Of a DNA stretch of 64,000 nucleotides, positions 39,751 to 51,098 are shown piece after piece. The stretch is taken from assembly GCA_022825195.1 (NCBI GenBank), contig JAJDYL010000101.1, forward strand, positions 7,740 through 71,739, in the 5' to 3' direction. Position 1 is the first letter of the stretch. The number at the start of each line of letters is the position of its first letter. The notes under the pieces were generated by a model. The model ran no database searches. It saw nothing but the letters and a program-made list of their open reading frames with translations, and had not been told where the DNA came from. Source of the stretch: Alphaproteobacteria bacterium (GTDB taxonomy: Bacteria; Pseudomonadota; Alphaproteobacteria; Bin95). The translations under genes were made by a program, and so were the position numbers.

Positions 39751-40131
39751 GTGCGTGCCGCGGCGCTGCTGCTGGCCGCATGGCCGGCGGCGGCCGAAGC
39801 GGGGCAGAGCTTCACCTATCGCGAAATGGGGACGGCGGTGCTCCAGGGACTGGACAAGGTCACCGCGCGGATTTCCACGCTGACGATGCCGCTGGAGCAG
39901 ACGAAGCGCTTCGGCACGCTCGAAGTCACGGTCTGGGCGTGCCGCAAGCGTCCGCCGGAGGAACCGCCGGAAAGCGCGGTCTTCCTCACCATTGTCGAGC
40001 GCAAGCGGGGCGTCCCGCCGGCGCGGCTCTTCCAAGGGTGGATGTTCGCATCGAGCCCCGCCATGTCGGCGCTGGAGCACCCGGTCTACGACATCTGGGC
40101 GCTGGACTGCGTCGACAGCCCTGTGGAATAG
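39751..40131 (+). CDS. DUF2155 family periplasmic protein
   Basis: Signal peptide plus conserved alphaproteobacterial DUF2155 arrangement after NDUFA12-like and mlaD. Start uncertain; the track ORF begins at 39658. Confidence 0.5.
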   Translation: MRAAALLLAAWPAAAEAGQSFTYREMGTAVLQGLDKVTARISTLTMPLEQTKRFGTLEVTVWACRKRPPEEPPESAVFLTIVERKRGVPPARLFQGWMFASSPAMSALEHPVYDIWALDCVDSPVE

Positions 40132-40134
40132 GGA

Positions 40135-41571
40135 TCAGCGCGGGAGTTCGGAGGGGCGGCCGGTGAGATAGGCGTCCACGGCATGGGCGCACTGGCGGCC
40201 TTCGCGGATCGCCCAGACGACCAGCGACTGGCCCCGCCGCATGTCTCCGGCCGCGAACACCTTGTCGCGGGAGGTGCGGTAGCTCTCCGTGTCGGCCTCG
40301 ACATTGCCGCGCGCGTCGAGCGCCAGCCCGAGCGTGTCGATCATGCCGGCGCGCACCGGGCCGGAGAAGCCCATGGCGAGCAGCACGAGATCGGCCTCGA
40401 TCTCGCCTTCGGAGCCGGGAACCGGAACGAAGCCTTTGCCGGGCTCGAAGCGCACCTGCCGGGTCTGGAGGGCGCGCACACGGCCGGCCCGGTCGGCGAG
40501 GAACGCCGTCGTCTCGATCTCGTAGCGCTGCTCGGAACCCTCCTTCTGGGACGAAGATATGCGAAGGCGCCTCGGCCAGTACGGCCAGACCAGGCTGAGG
40601 TCCGGATTCTCTTCCGGCTCGTCGAAGATTTCGAGCTGCACGATCCTTTCGGCGCCCTGGCGGGTCGAGGTGCCGATGCAGTCGGAGCCGGTGTCGCCGC
40701 CGCCGATCACGACCAGCTTGCGGCCGGCGGCGTCGATCCTGTCCGGGGGCGCCGTGTCGCCGGCATTGATGCGGTTCTGCTGCGGCAGGAAATCCATCGC
40801 GAAATGAATGCCGTCCAGGTCCCGCCCCGGCGTGCCCGCAAGGTCGCGCGGCGCCTCGGCCCCGCCTGTCAGCACAACGGCGTCGTAGGTTGCAACCAGT
40901 TCCTCGGCATCGACATTGACGCCGACATGCGCGCCCGTGCGGAAGGTGACGCCTTCCGCCGCCATCTGCGCCATGCGGCGGTCGATCAGGTGCTTCTCCA
41001 TCTTGAAGTCGGGAATGCCGTATCGCAGCAGGCCGCCGATGCGGTCTTCCTTCTCCAGCAGCACGACGTCGTGGCCCGCGCGGGCCAGTTGCTGCGCGGC
41101 CGCCATGCCGGCCGGGCCGGAGCCGACGACCGCGACGCGCCTGCCGGTCCGCGCGGCGGCCTTCTGCGGCTCGATCCACCCCTCGTCGAAGCCCTTGTCC
41201 ACGATGGCGCATTCGATCGTCTTGATGGTCACCGGGTCGTCGTTGATCGTGAGGACGCAGGCCTCCTCGCAGGGCGCCGGGCACACCCGGCCGGTGAACT
41301 CCGGGAAGTTGTTGGTGGAATGCAGATTAACCAGCGCCTCCCGCCAGTCGTCCCGGTACACGAGGTCGTTCCAGTCGGGGATCTGGTTGTTGACCGGACA
41401 GCCGTTGTGACAGAACGGGATGCCGCAATCCATGCAGCGCGCCGCCTGCTTCCGGGTCGCCTCGTCGCCCAGCGGCACGACGAATTCCCGCCAGTGCCGG
41501 ACGCGCTCCGCCACCGGCCGGTAGGGGCGTTCGCTGCGTCCGTGCTCCAGGAAGCCGGTGACCTTACCCAT
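40135..41571 (-). CDS. gltD: Glutamate synthase (NADPH) small subunit
   Basis: Fe-S cysteines [17 protein letters not shown](P)/FAD-binding folds [14 protein letters not shown] and [11 protein letters not shown]. Confidence 0.9.
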   Translation of the reverse strand: MGKVTGFLEHGRSERPYRPVAERVRHWREFVVPLGDEATRKQAARCMDCGIPFCHNGCPVNNQIPDWNDLVYRDDWREALVNLHSTNNFPEFTGRVCPAPCEEACVLTINDDPVTIKTIECAIVDKGFDEGWIEPQKAAARTGRRVAVVGSGPAGMAAAQQLARAGHDVVLLEKEDRIGGLLRYGIPDFKMEKHLIDRRMAQMAAEGVTFRTGAHVGVNVDAEELVATYDAVVLTGGAEAPRDLAGTPGRDLDGIHFAMDFLPQQNRINAGDTAPPDRIDAAGRKLVVIGGGDTGSDCIGTSTRQGAERIVQLEIFDEPEENPDLSLVWPYWPRRLRISSSQKEGSEQRYEIETTAFLADRAGRVRALQTRQVRFEPGKGFVPVPGSEGEIEADLVLLAMGFSGPVRAGMIDTLGLALDARGNVEADTESYRTSRDKVFAAGDMRRGQSLVVWAIREGRQCAHAVDAYLTGRPSELPR

Positions 41572-44500
41572 GCGCCCCGGCACCCTGGGCAGCGGCCGCC
41601 ATTTCGGTTAGCGCGCGGCGGTAGTCCACCGGCATGACCTTGACGAACTGCGCTCGGGCCGTGTCCCAATCCTCGAGCATGGCGGCGGCCACGGCGCTGC
41701 CGGTATAGCGGCGGTGGCGCTCGACCATCCGGTAGAGCCGCGCCTCGTCGTGGTTCATCATGTCCTGGAGGTCGCGGGCGTCCCTTCCGGTTGCGGCGAC
41801 CGCCTCCAGCGACACCGCGGCGAGGTTGCACCGCTCCTCGAAGCTGCCATCCGGATCGTGGACATAGGCGATGCCGCCGCTCATGCCGGCGGCGAAGTTC
41901 CGTCCCGTGCCGCCCAGCACGGCGACACAGCCTCCGGTCATGTATTCGCAGCCGTGGTCGCCGACGCCCTCGACCACCGCCCAGGCGCCGGAATTGCGCA
42001 CGGCGAAGCGCTCGCCGGCCACACCGGAGAAATAGCACTCGCCCTCGATGGCCCCATAGAGGACCGTATTGCCGACGACGATGTTCTCGCTCGGCGCATA
42101 GGGTGTCGCGGGGTTCGGGTAGATGACCAGCCGCCCGCCGGAGAGGCCCTTGCCCACATAGTCGTTCGCCACGCCTTCGAGGTGGATCGCCATACCGCGC
42201 GTCGACCAGGCGCCGAAACTCTGCCCGCCTGTACCCTTCGCCTCGATGACGATGGTGTCCTCCGGCAGACCGGCATGGCCGCGCCGCTTGGCGACCTCGC
42301 CTGCCAGCATGGCGCCGACCGAACGGTTCACGTTGCGCACCACCGTCCGGATCTGCACCGGGCGGCCGGTCTCCAGCGCGGGCATGGCCTCCGCGATCAG
42401 CCGCCGGTCGAGCGCGCGGTCGAGGCCGTGGTCCTGCCGCTGGCTGTTGTGGATATCGACGCCGGGTCCGACCTCGGGCTTGAACAGCAGCCGCTGCAGG
42501 TCCACGCCGTGTGCCTTCCAGTGGTCTTCCGCCCGGCGCATGTCGAGCCTGTCGGAGCGGCCGATCATCTCCTCGAAGCGGCGGAAGCCCAGCCGCGCCA
42601 TGATCCGGCGCACTTCCTCGGCCACGAAGAAGAAGAAGTTGATGACATGCTCCGGAGTGCCGGCGAAGCGCTGCCGCAACTCTTCGTCCTGCGTCGCGAT
42701 ACCGACCGGGCAGGTGTTCAGATGGCACTTGCGCATCATGATGCAGCCCATCGCGATCAGCGGCGCGGTGGAGAACCCGAACTCGTCCGCGCCGAGCAGC
42801 GCGCCGATGGCCACGTCGCGGCCGGTGCGCAGGCCGCCGTCCACCTGCACGGCGATGCGGGTGCGCAGATTGTTGAGCACGAGGGTCTGGTGCGTCTCGG
42901 AGAGGCCGATCTCCCAGGGCGAGCCGGCGTGGGTGAGGGAGGTCACCGGCGAGGCGCCCGTACCGCCCTCGAAGCCCGAAATCGTGACATGGTCGGCCTT
43001 GGCCTTGGAGACGCCGGCGGCCACGGTGCCGACACCGACCTCCGAGACCAGCTTCACGCTGATGCGCGCCTCCGGGTTCACGTTCTTCAGATCGTGGATG
43101 AGCTGGGCCAGATCCTCGATGGAATAGATGTCGTGGTGCGGCGGCGGCGAGATCAGCCCGACGCCCGGCGTCGAGTGCCGGACCCGCGCGATGTTGCGGT
43201 CCACCTTGTGGCCGGGGAGCTGGCCGCCTTCGCCGGGCTTCGCGCCCTGGGCCATCTTGATCTGGATGTCGCTGGAATTGGCGAGATATTCGGCCGTCAC
43301 GCCGAACCGGCCCGAAGCGACCTGCTTGATCGCCGAGCGCATGCTGTCGCCGTTCGCCATCGGCTGGAAGCGGTCGGCCTCCTCGCCGCCTTCGCCGGTG
43401 TTCGACTTGCCGCCGATGCGGTTCATGGCGATGGCAAGCGTGGTGTGCGCCTCGCGGGAGATGGAGCCGAAGGACATGGCGCCCGTCGCGAACCGCTTCA
43501 CGATCCGCGAAGCCGGCTCCACCTCGTCCAGAGGCACGCCGTTGCCGTCCTCGCAGAACTCGAACAGGCCGCGCAATGTCATCAGCCTGCGGCTGCGGTC
43601 GTTGAGGATCGCGGCATATTCCTCGAAGCTCGCGGCATCGTCCGCGCGCGAAGCGTGCTGGAGCTTGGCGACCGAGTCCGGCTCCCACTGGTGGCGCTCG
43701 CCGCGAAGGCGGAAGGTGTATTCGCCGCCGACATCCAGCATGTTGCGGTAGATCGGCGCGTCGCCCCAGGCGGCCCGGTGCCGGGCGACCGTCTCGGCCG
43801 CGACCTCGGCCAGCGAGGCGCCCTCGACTGTCGTCGCGGTGCCGGTGAAGTAGCGGTCCACGAACTCGCTCGCGAGGCCGACGGCGTCGAAAATCTGCGC
43901 GCCGCAATAGGACTGGTAGGTCGAGATGCCCATCTTGGACATCACCTTCAGCAGGCCCTTGCTGACGGCCTTGATGTAGTTCTTGCGGACCTTCTCGCGC
44001 GTGTAGTCGGGGGCGAAGGCGCCGTCCTCGTGGAGCGCGTCCAGCGTCTCGAAGGCGAGATAGGGGTTGACCGCCTCCGCGCCATAGCCTGCGAGCACGC
44101 AGAAATGATGGACCTCGCGGGCCTCGCCGGTCTCCAGCACGAGGCCGGCGCCGGTGCGCGAGCCCTCCAGGATCAGGCGGTGATGCACCGCCGAGCAGGC
44201 CAGCAGCGCCGGCAGGGCGATCCGGTCCGGCCCGACCGCGCGGTCGGAGAGGATGAGGATGTTGAAGCCCTGCTCGACCGCCCGCTTCGCCTCGTCGCAA
44301 AGCCGTTCGAGCGCGGGGCCCATGCCGTCGGCGCCCTCGGCGGCGTCCCAGGTGGTGTCCAGCGTCTCGGTCAGGAACGCGCCGCCCACCAGATCGCCGA
44401 CATGGCGGATCTTGTCGAGGTCGGTGTCGGTCAGGACCGGCTGCGATACCTCGAGACGGCGATGCGTGCCGCCGCTGTCCAGGTCGAGCAGGTTCGGGCG

Positions 44501-46150
44501 CGGCCCCACCATCGAGACCAGCGACATCACCAGTTCCTCGCGGATCGAATCGATCGGCGGGTTGGTGACCTGCGCGAACAACTGCTTGAAATAGGTATAG
44601 AGCAGCTTGGGCCGCTCGGAGAGCACGGAGATGGGCGTATCGGTGCCCATCGACCCGACCGGGTCGTCGCCGTCCGCGCCCATGGGCTGCAGGAAGACCT
44701 CAAGGTCCTCGTTCGTGTATCCGAAGGCCTGCTGCCGGTCGAGCAGGCTGCCCGCGGGGGGCCGGTTGGTGGCCGCGCGCGGCGGCGCCTCAAGGTCGTC
44801 GAGCCGGAACCGGGTGCGGGCGAGCCATTGACCGTAGGGGTGCGAGCGCGCCAGCTCCGCCTTGAGCTCGCCGTCGTCCACGATGCGCTGCTGCTCCAGG
44901 TCGATCAGGAACATCTTGCCGGGCTGGAGCCGCCATTGCCGGGCGATCCGCTCGGGCGGAATGTCGAGCACGCCGACTTCGGACGCCATCACCACGAGCC
45001 CGTCCGTGGTCACGAGATAGCGCGCGGGGCGCAATCCGTTCCGGTCGAGCGTGGCGCCGATCTGCCGTCCGTCGGTGAATGCGACCGCCGCCGGCCCGTC
45101 CCACGGCTCCATCAGCGCGGCGTGATATTCGTAGAAAGCGCGCCGCTCCTCGTCCATCAGCGGGTTGCCGGCCCACGCTTCCGGAATGAGCAGCATCATG
45201 GCGTGGGCAAGCGAGTATCCGCCCCGCGTCAGCAGTTCCAGCGCATTGTCGAAGCAGGCCGTGTCCGACTGTCCGGGCGGGATCAGCGGCCAGAGCTTCT
45301 CCATGTCGTCGCCGAACAGTCTGGAACTGGTGGCGTGCCGGCGGGCCGCCATCCAGTTGAAATTGCCCCTCACGGTGTTGATCTCGCCATTGTGGCAGAT
45401 CATCCGGTAGGGGTGCGCGAGCCGCCAGGAAGGGAAGGTGTTGGTCGAGAAGCGCTGATGCACGAGCGCCAGCGCGGAGGCGATCCGCTCGTCCTGGAGG
45501 TCGAGATAGTAGTCGCCCAACTGCGGCGCGAGCAACATGCCCTTGTAGACGATGGTGCGGCAGGAAAGCGACGCGAAGTAGAAATCGTCGAGGCCCGGCG
45601 CGCCTTCGGCAGCGGCCTCGTTCTCGATCCGCTTGCGAATGACGAACAGCTTGCGCTCGAAAGCGTCTCCCGGCGCGGTCGCGCTGCCGCGCCCGACGAA
45701 GATCTGGCGCACGACCGGCTCCGTGGCCGAGACCGTCGGGCCCAGAATTTCGCTGGCGACGGGGACCGTCCGCCATCCGGCAACCTGCTGGCCTTCCTCG
45801 CGCACGACACGTTCGACCAGCGCCTCATAGACGGCGCGCGGCGCTTCGGCCCGCGGCAGGAATACGGAGCCGGCCGCGTAATCGGGCTCGTCGGGCAGGT
45901 CGATGCCGGCGTCCGGCGCGACGGCGCGGAACAGCGCATCGGGCTTTTGAATCAGGATTCCGGAGCCGTCCCCGGCCAGCGGGTCCGCGCCGACCGCGCC
46001 GCGATGGTCCAGGTTCAGCAGGATTTCGAGGCCCTGCCGGACGATCCGGTGGGACTTGCGGTTCCGGATGTCGACGACGAACCCGACGCCGCAACTGTCA
46101 TGCTCGTTGCGCGGGTCGTAGAGTCCCTGCTTCGGCGGCAACGCAGACAA
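41564..46150 (-). CDS. gltB: Glutamate synthase large subunit
   Basis: 1528 aa. N-terminal amidotransferase Cys ([10 protein letters not shown]), FMN domain and C-terminal GXGXG beta-helix. Overlaps the gltD start by 8 nt. Confidence 0.95.
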   Translation of the reverse strand: MSALPPKQGLYDPRNEHDSCGVGFVVDIRNRKSHRIVRQGLEILLNLDHRGAVGADPLAGDGSGILIQKPDALFRAVAPDAGIDLPDEPDYAAGSVFLPRAEAPRAVYEALVERVVREEGQQVAGWRTVPVASEILGPTVSATEPVVRQIFVGRGSATAPGDAFERKLFVIRKRIENEAAAEGAPGLDDFYFASLSCRTIVYKGMLLAPQLGDYYLDLQDERIASALALVHQRFSTNTFPSWRLAHPYRMICHNGEINTVRGNFNWMAARRHATSSRLFGDDMEKLWPLIPPGQSDTACFDNALELLTRGGYSLAHAMMLLIPEAWAGNPLMDEERRAFYEYHAALMEPWDGPAAVAFTDGRQIGATLDRNGLRPARYLVTTDGLVVMASEVGVLDIPPERIARQWRLQPGKMFLIDLEQQRIVDDGELKAELARSHPYGQWLARTRFRLDDLEAPPRAATNRPPAGSLLDRQQAFGYTNEDLEVFLQPMGADGDDPVGSMGTDTPISVLSERPKLLYTYFKQLFAQVTNPPIDSIREELVMSLVSMVGPRPNLLDLDSGGTHRRLEVSQPVLTDTDLDKIRHVGDLVGGAFLTETLDTTWDAAEGADGMGPALERLCDEAKRAVEQGFNILILSDRAVGPDRIALPALLACSAVHHRLILEGSRTGAGLVLETGEAREVHHFCVLAGYGAEAVNPYLAFETLDALHEDGAFAPDYTREKVRKNYIKAVSKGLLKVMSKMGISTYQSYCGAQIFDAVGLASEFVDRYFTGTATTVEGASLAEVAAETVARHRAAWGDAPIYRNMLDVGGEYTFRLRGERHQWEPDSVAKLQHASRADDAASFEEYAAILNDRSRRLMTLRGLFEFCEDGNGVPLDEVEPASRIVKRFATGAMSFGSISREAHTTLAIAMNRIGGKSNTGEGGEEADRFQPMANGDSMRSAIKQVASGRFGVTAEYLANSSDIQIKMAQGAKPGEGGQLPGHKVDRNIARVRHSTPGVGLISPPPHHDIYSIEDLAQLIHDLKNVNPEARISVKLVSEVGVGTVAAGVSKAKADHVTISGFEGGTGASPVTSLTHAGSPWEIGLSETHQTLVLNNLRTRIAVQVDGGLRTGRDVAIGALLGADEFGFSTAPLIAMGCIMMRKCHLNTCPVGIATQDEELRQRFAGTPEHVINFFFFVAEEVRRIMARLGFRRFEEMIGRSDRLDMRRAEDHWKAHGVDLQRLLFKPEVGPGVDIHNSQRQDHGLDRALDRRLIAEAMPALETGRPVQIRTVVRNVNRSVGAMLAGEVAKRRGHAGLPEDTIVIEAKGTGGQSFGAWSTRGMAIHLEGVANDYVGKGLSGGRLVIYPNPATPYAPSENIVVGNTVLYGAIEGECYFSGVAGERFAVRNSGAWAVVEGVGDHGCEYMTGGCVAVLGGTGRNFAAGMSGGIAYVHDPDGSFEERCNLAAVSLEAVAATGRDARDLQDMMNHDEARLYRMVERHRRYTGSAVAAAMLEDWDTARAQFVKVMPVDYRRALTEMAAAAQGAGAHG

Positions 46151-46356
46151 GGGATGTCACCTCCACAGGTTTCGTTCGCAAAGAGCCGCCGTCTCTCAAG
46201 CCGGGTCGGGCGCCGCGCAAGGGAAAGCCGATATAAAGCATTGAGGCGCAAGGTAGAAGACGGCGGGACGGTTGGTCGCAACGATTCCACAGCTTCCGAC
46301 TGCAGGCGCCGGTATGCAATTAACACGGACCGGGCCGGCACGGCCGGGGCAGGAGA

Positions 46357-47076
46357 ATGGCGGAACGCATTCTGATAACCGGCGGCGCGCAGCGCCTGGG
46401 CCTGGCGCTGGCGCGGGCGATGCTGGCGGAGGGCCACCGCGTCGCCATCCACACGCGGCGCAGCGAGCCGCCGGGCGACCTCGAAGCGGTGGTCCTGCAG
46501 GGGGACCTGGACGACCCTTCGGTCCCGGCGCGGATCGTCGGCGAGGCGTGCGCGCGCCTGGGCGGTCTCTCGGTGCTGGTCAACAATGCCGCGCGGTTCG
46601 AGCCGGACCGGATCGACACCCTCGACGCCGCGTCCTTCGATGCGCACATGGCCACCAATCTCCGGGCGCCGCTGCTCGCGATCCAGGCGTTCGCCGCCTC
46701 GCTGGAGCCGGACGGGACAGGTCTGGCGGTCAACATCGTGGACCAGAAGATCCGCCATCCCGGAGCGGGCTACCTTTCCTACACGCTCAGCAAGATCGCG
46801 CTGGAAGGCGCCGTGCGGACGCTGGCGGCGGAGCTCGCTCCCAGGGTCCGGATTGCGGCCATTGCACCCAGCATCATCTATGAGAGCGCCGGCATGAAAC
46901 CCGGGCGGTTGGAGACGCTGGGCGCGCGGCTGCCGCTCCGGCGCGCAACCCGGCCGGAGGAGGTCGCCGCCGCGCTTGCATATCTGATCGAAACGCCCTC
47001 GGTCACCGGCGAGACGCTTTTCGTCGATTCAGGGGAATCGCTGCGCGCGCGTTCGGTTATTCTCGGGGCAAGCTGA
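46357..47076 (+). CDS. Short-chain dehydrogenase/reductase (pteridine-reductase-like subfamily)
   Basis: ILITGGAQRLG cofactor motif, NNAA, YxxxK (YTLSK). Confidence 0.75.
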   Translation: MAERILITGGAQRLGLALARAMLAEGHRVAIHTRRSEPPGDLEAVVLQGDLDDPSVPARIVGEACARLGGLSVLVNNAARFEPDRIDTLDAASFDAHMATNLRAPLLAIQAFAASLEPDGTGLAVNIVDQKIRHPGAGYLSYTLSKIALEGAVRTLAAELAPRVRIAAIAPSIIYESAGMKPGRLETLGARLPLRRATRPEEVAAALAYLIETPSVTGETLFVDSGESLRARSVILGAS

Positions 47077-47092
47077 AGGCAGGAGGTCGCAG

Positions 47093-48553
47093 ATGGCGGC
47101 ATACGACACGGTTATTCGCGGCGGCACGGTTGCCACGGCATCCGACATGGTCCGGGCCGATATCGGAATCATCGGAGGGCGTGTCGCCGCGCTCGGCGAA
47201 AACCTGGACGGCGGCGCACTTGAAATCGACGCCGCCGGCCGGCTGGTCATGCCCGGCGGCGTGGACAGCCATTGCCACATCGAGCAGCCGGGCTCGACCG
47301 GCGGCACCAACGCCGACACCTTCACCAGCGGTTCGATTTCGGCGGCCTGCGGCGGCACCACGACCACGATCAGCTTTTCGCCGCAGGTCCGCGGCCGGGG
47401 TGTGAGGGAGGCGATGGACGGATATGCCGAACTCGCCCGCAAATCGGTCATCGACTACTGCTTCCACATCATCGTCAACGACCCCTCCGACACGGTGATC
47501 GAGGAGGAACTGCCGGAGCTGATCGCGGAGGGCCACCGCTCGATCAAGGTCTTCATGACCTACCCGTCGAACCGGATGGACGATGCGCAACTGCTCAAGG
47601 TGTTCGCCTGCGCGAGGAAGCACGGGGCGTTCGTGTGCGTCCATGCGGAGAACCACGACGCCATCATGTGGATGACGGACCGGCTGCTGGAGGCCGGGCT
47701 GACCTCGCCGCGCTACCACGCCTGGTCGAAGCCGCCGGTCGTCGAGCGCGAGGCGGTTCACCGCGTCATCGCGCTTGCCGAGCTTCTGGACCTGCCGATC
47801 CAGGTCTTCCACGTCACCTGCGCGGAGGCTGCGGAGGAAATCCGCCGCGCCCAGGCGCGGGGCATCAAGGTGTTCGGCGAGACCTGCCCGCAATATCTGA
47901 CCCTGACCGCCGACGACATGGACCGGGACGGGTTCGAGGGCGCCAAGTTCATCTGCTCGCCCGCGCCGCGCACGGCGGAGCATCACGAAGCCATCTGGCG
48001 GGCGCTCACGGACGGGACGCTCGGCATTGTGAGCTCCGACCATGCGCCCTACAGCTTCGACGATCCGAGGGGCAAGGCGCTGCACGGCGCCAATGCGCGC
48101 TTCAGCGAAATCCCGAACGGCGTGCCGGGGCTGGAGACGCGCCTGCCGCTCGTATTTTCGGAAGGCGTTGCGGCCGGCAGGATTACCCCCTGCGAGTTCG
48201 TGGCGCTGACTTCCGCGAATCCGGCCCGTCTGTTCGGCCTCTACCCGAAGAAGGGCACGATCGCGGTTGGTTCCGACGCCGATATCGCCATCTGGGACGC
48301 AGAGCGGGAAGTTGTGATCCGCAGCGACGACCTGCACACGCAGACCGACTACACGCCGTATGAGGGCATGTCGGTGACGGGCTGGCCGGTGATAACGCTC
48401 TCGCGCGGCGAGGTGTTGTGGAACGACGGCGAGGTAACGGCCGAACCGGGGCGCGGCCAGTGGCTGAAGCGCGAGCCCTACGACTTCATCCGGCCTGCCG
48501 GCCGCTTTACCGCGCCGTTCGATCCCATCGCGCTCCGGAAACTCGACGAGTGA
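47093..48553 (+). CDS. Dihydropyrimidinase/D-hydantoinase (cyclic amidohydrolase)
   Basis: GGVDSHCH metal-binding motif; carbamylated-Lys region SIKVFM; 486 aa. Confidence 0.85.
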   Translation: MAAYDTVIRGGTVATASDMVRADIGIIGGRVAALGENLDGGALEIDAAGRLVMPGGVDSHCHIEQPGSTGGTNADTFTSGSISAACGGTTTTISFSPQVRGRGVREAMDGYAELARKSVIDYCFHIIVNDPSDTVIEEELPELIAEGHRSIKVFMTYPSNRMDDAQLLKVFACARKHGAFVCVHAENHDAIMWMTDRLLEAGLTSPRYHAWSKPPVVEREAVHRVIALAELLDLPIQVFHVTCAEAAEEIRRAQARGIKVFGETCPQYLTLTADDMDRDGFEGAKFICSPAPRTAEHHEAIWRALTDGTLGIVSSDHAPYSFDDPRGKALHGANARFSEIPNGVPGLETRLPLVFSEGVAAGRITPCEFVALTSANPARLFGLYPKKGTIAVGSDADIAIWDAEREVVIRSDDLHTQTDYTPYEGMSVTGWPVITLSRGEVLWNDGEVTAEPGRGQWLKREPYDFIRPAGRFTAPFDPIALRKLDE

Positions 48554-48564
48554 GGCCGCCGGGC

Positions 48565-49215
48565 ATGCCGTACGAAATGCGGCTGTTCGAAGACGTGCTG
48601 TTCGGCGGCGAGGAGGTCCGGTTCGACGATCCCGCGCCGAGGGCGCTTTATGTCTCCGCCGGCAGCGTCTCTGTGAACGGGGAGGAGGTTCCGGCCGACG
48701 GAGGCATTGTCCTGGCGGAGCCGCTGCGGCTGTCTGCCGGCGGCGGCGGCGCTGCGCTCTGGCGTTGGGAGGTCGCGGCCTCGGATGCCGACACCGCCGC
48801 ATACCGCCACCGGACGGCGCTTCGCCTCGCCGGCCGGATCGACCTTGCCGCCGTCGCCGATGAACTGCTGCTGCGGCTCGACAGCGTCGCCTTCCCGCCC
48901 GGCGGAACGGCCCTGCTTCACACCCACCGGGGCCCGGGAATCAGGTGCCTGCGGGAGGGGGAGATCAGGATCGACACGGAAGGCCGCTCCTCTTCCTACG
49001 GCCCCGGTGGCGCCTGGTTGGAAAGCGGACCGGAGCCCGTCTTCGCGCAAGCCTCTCTCGATGTCCCCAGCCGCTTCATCCGCGCGATGGTCCTGCCGCG
49101 CCCCCTGCTCGGCGCCTCGTCCATCCGCTATGTCAGGGACGAGGACCGGGACAGGCCGAAGTCGCAGAGCTACCGGGTGTTCGGCGAGGCGCCCATAAGC
49201 CTGGGTCCGCTATAG
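48565..49215 (+). CDS. Cupin-domain hypothetical protein
   Basis: FPPGGTALLHTHRGPGIRCLREGEIRI cupin-like motif. Function unknown. Confidence 0.45.
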   Translation: MPYEMRLFEDVLFGGEEVRFDDPAPRALYVSAGSVSVNGEEVPADGGIVLAEPLRLSAGGGGAALWRWEVAASDADTAAYRHRTALRLAGRIDLAAVADELLLRLDSVAFPPGGTALLHTHRGPGIRCLREGEIRIDTEGRSSSYGPGGAWLESGPEPVFAQASLDVPSRFIRAMVLPRPLLGASSIRYVRDEDRDRPKSQSYRVFGEAPISLGPL

Positions 49216-49256
49216 ATAGATCGCATAGTCTGCGGGCAAGCGGGAGGAGACGGGAC

Positions 49257-50012
49257 ATGCGTTGCAGCGGAAAGGTCGCGGTCGTCACCGGCGGCGCAAT
49301 GGGGATCGGCCGCGCGGTCGCGGAAGGCCTGCTCGCCGAAGGGGCGAGCGTGGTGATCGCGGACCGCGCCGGCGCTGCGGAGGCCGCGAAGGCGCTCGAC
49401 AACAAGGCGAACGGCGTCGTCGGCGTTGCCTGCGACGTGTCGAGCCGGGGCGACACCGAGGCCATGGCCGATGCCGCGCTGGAGGCGTTCGGCCGCATAG
49501 ACGTGCTGGTCAACAACGCGGGCATCTACTCCTCGCTGAAGACCGGGCCCTTCGAGGACCTCGACATCGAGGAGTGGCGGCGCGTGCTCGATGTGAATGT
49601 CATCGGGCAGGCGATGGCGACCCGTGCGGTCGTCCCCGCCATGCGCCGGCAGGGCGGCGGCTCTATCGTCAACTTCTCGTCCGGGACGCCGTTCAAGGGC
49701 GTGCCGTTCCTGCTGCACTATGTGGCGAGCAAGGGCGCCGTGAACGCGATGACCAAGGCGCTCGCGAAGGAACTCGGCGGCGCGGGCATACGGGTCAATG
49801 CGGTGGCGCCCGGATTCACGCTCTCCGACGGCGTGCTCGCCAATCCCCACCAGCTTGAAAAGCTCCAGGACATATCGAGGCAGGCGCGGGTCATCCAGCG
49901 CGACCAGCACCCGGACGACATCGTGGGCGCAGTGGTGTTCTTCGCCTCGCAGGATTCCGACTTCGTCACCGGGCAAACCCTCGTCGTGGACGGCGGCGCC
50001 TACTTCCACTGA
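49257..50012 (+). CDS. Short-chain dehydrogenase/reductase (3-oxoacyl-ACP-reductase-like)
   Basis: VAVVTGGAMGIGRA, NNAG, S...YVASK catalytic triad. GGGAGGAG RBS. Confidence 0.85.
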   Translation: MRCSGKVAVVTGGAMGIGRAVAEGLLAEGASVVIADRAGAAEAAKALDNKANGVVGVACDVSSRGDTEAMADAALEAFGRIDVLVNNAGIYSSLKTGPFEDLDIEEWRRVLDVNVIGQAMATRAVVPAMRRQGGGSIVNFSSGTPFKGVPFLLHYVASKGAVNAMTKALAKELGGAGIRVNAVAPGFTLSDGVLANPHQLEKLQDISRQARVIQRDQHPDDIVGAVVFFASQDSDFVTGQTLVVDGGAYFH

Positions 50013-50044
50013 CCCGGATCGGCTTTGCCGAACGGCTGTTCCCG

Positions 50045-50653
50045 TCAGGGCTCCCAAGTGCTCCCGATTTCCGCCGGTTCGTCGGTTCCTCCCGGCAGGT
50101 CGGCGAACGCCCGGCCGTCTTCGGGGCGGCGCCCCGGAGCGGTAGGGTGCAACATCTCGCGGACGATCTCGTCGGCGGACGGGACGATACCTGCCCGTTG
50201 CAGTCCCCTGAGCAATCCGACTGTGGACAGGAGGTGCATGTTCGGAGGCTTCCCGAACACGCGGAGGCTCCCGCGGTCCTCGAACAACACCAGAAGCGGG
50301 TCGCCGGACCGGAGGTAACGCTGTACGCCGCCTTCCTCGCTGATGAAGTCCACCATTGCCAACTCGCCGGCGTTCCTCTTGAGAGGCTTGCCGGCATTCC
50401 GTTTCCTGCGCTCCTCGGCGCCGATTTCGGTTTCCTCGATCGTGAAGGGCGGGCTGTGGCGTTCGATGAACGCCTTGACCTCGGCATCCTTCGGATAGCG
50501 CGGGTCGCTCGTAACCTCGTCATAGACGGCGTCCACCACCGCGATCGGCATGTCGAGCGGCAGAAGCAGGTCGAGCCGGTCCGCTACCCAGAGGCTGTCC
50601 AGCGGCCCTGCATCGGGGATCAGCAGCGTGCAGCGCTTCACGCCGCGTTCCAT
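50045..50653 (-). CDS. Putative toxin of a type II TA pair, family not recognised (about 203 aa)
   Basis: ATG at 50653 overlaps the stop of the upstream RHH gene by 14 nt (ATGGAACGCGGCGTGA read in two frames). Real-looking composition (MERGVKRCTLLIPDAGPLDSLWVADRLDLLLPL...VVDAVYDE...). Annotated from the in-frame portion of a longer track ORF. Confidence 0.45.
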   Translation of the reverse strand: MERGVKRCTLLIPDAGPLDSLWVADRLDLLLPLDMPIAVVDAVYDEVTSDPRYPKDAEVKAFIERHSPPFTIEETEIGAEERRKRNAGKPLKRNAGELAMVDFISEEGGVQRYLRSGDPLLVLFEDRGSLRVFGKPPNMHLLSTVGLLRGLQRAGIVPSADEIVREMLHPTAPGRRPEDGRAFADLPGGTDEPAEIGSTWEP

Positions 50654-50970
50654 ATCCGGACGAACATGGCCGCCTGGTTTTCGATTTCGTGCTCCGGCGG
50701 CCATGGCGGCGTCAAACCCGCATCGCCCAGGGCAACGAGAAGCTCCGCATAATCCCGGACGCCGGCGTCGCGGATTGCCACGCGCCGCGAGAGCAGTCCT
50801 GCGGCGTAGGCTTGGAGAGGGTCGCTTTCGGGAACCTCTACCTCGTCCGTAACGGCTTCGAGATGCTCCCGGATAATCGCCGTCATGCTGGTGCCGTGAG
50901 CAGCCGCATACGCCTTTGTCTTCGCTATGAGGGACTCCGGGAGGTTCAGGGTGGTATTTCGGTTCGCCAT
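50638..50970 (-). CDS. Ribbon-helix-helix (CopG-like) antitoxin with C-terminal extension
   Basis: N-terminal beta-strand plus helix (TTLNLPESLIAKTKAYAAAHGTSMTAIIREHLE) typical of RHH antitoxins. Confidence 0.55.
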   Translation of the reverse strand: MANRNTTLNLPESLIAKTKAYAAAHGTSMTAIIREHLEAVTDEVEVPESDPLQAYAAGLLSRRVAIRDAGVRDYAELLVALGDAGLTPPWPPEHEIENQAAMFVRIWNAA

Positions 50971-51098
50971 GGCCCGCTCTCAACAGATCACATATATATG
51001 TGACGATTGCGCCTTGCGTCAAACCGGCGGTCTGGCGGGAGCGCCGCCGCGTGTGCTTGAATGACGGCTGTTTCCCCGGAACGAAAGCCCGAGCAGCC

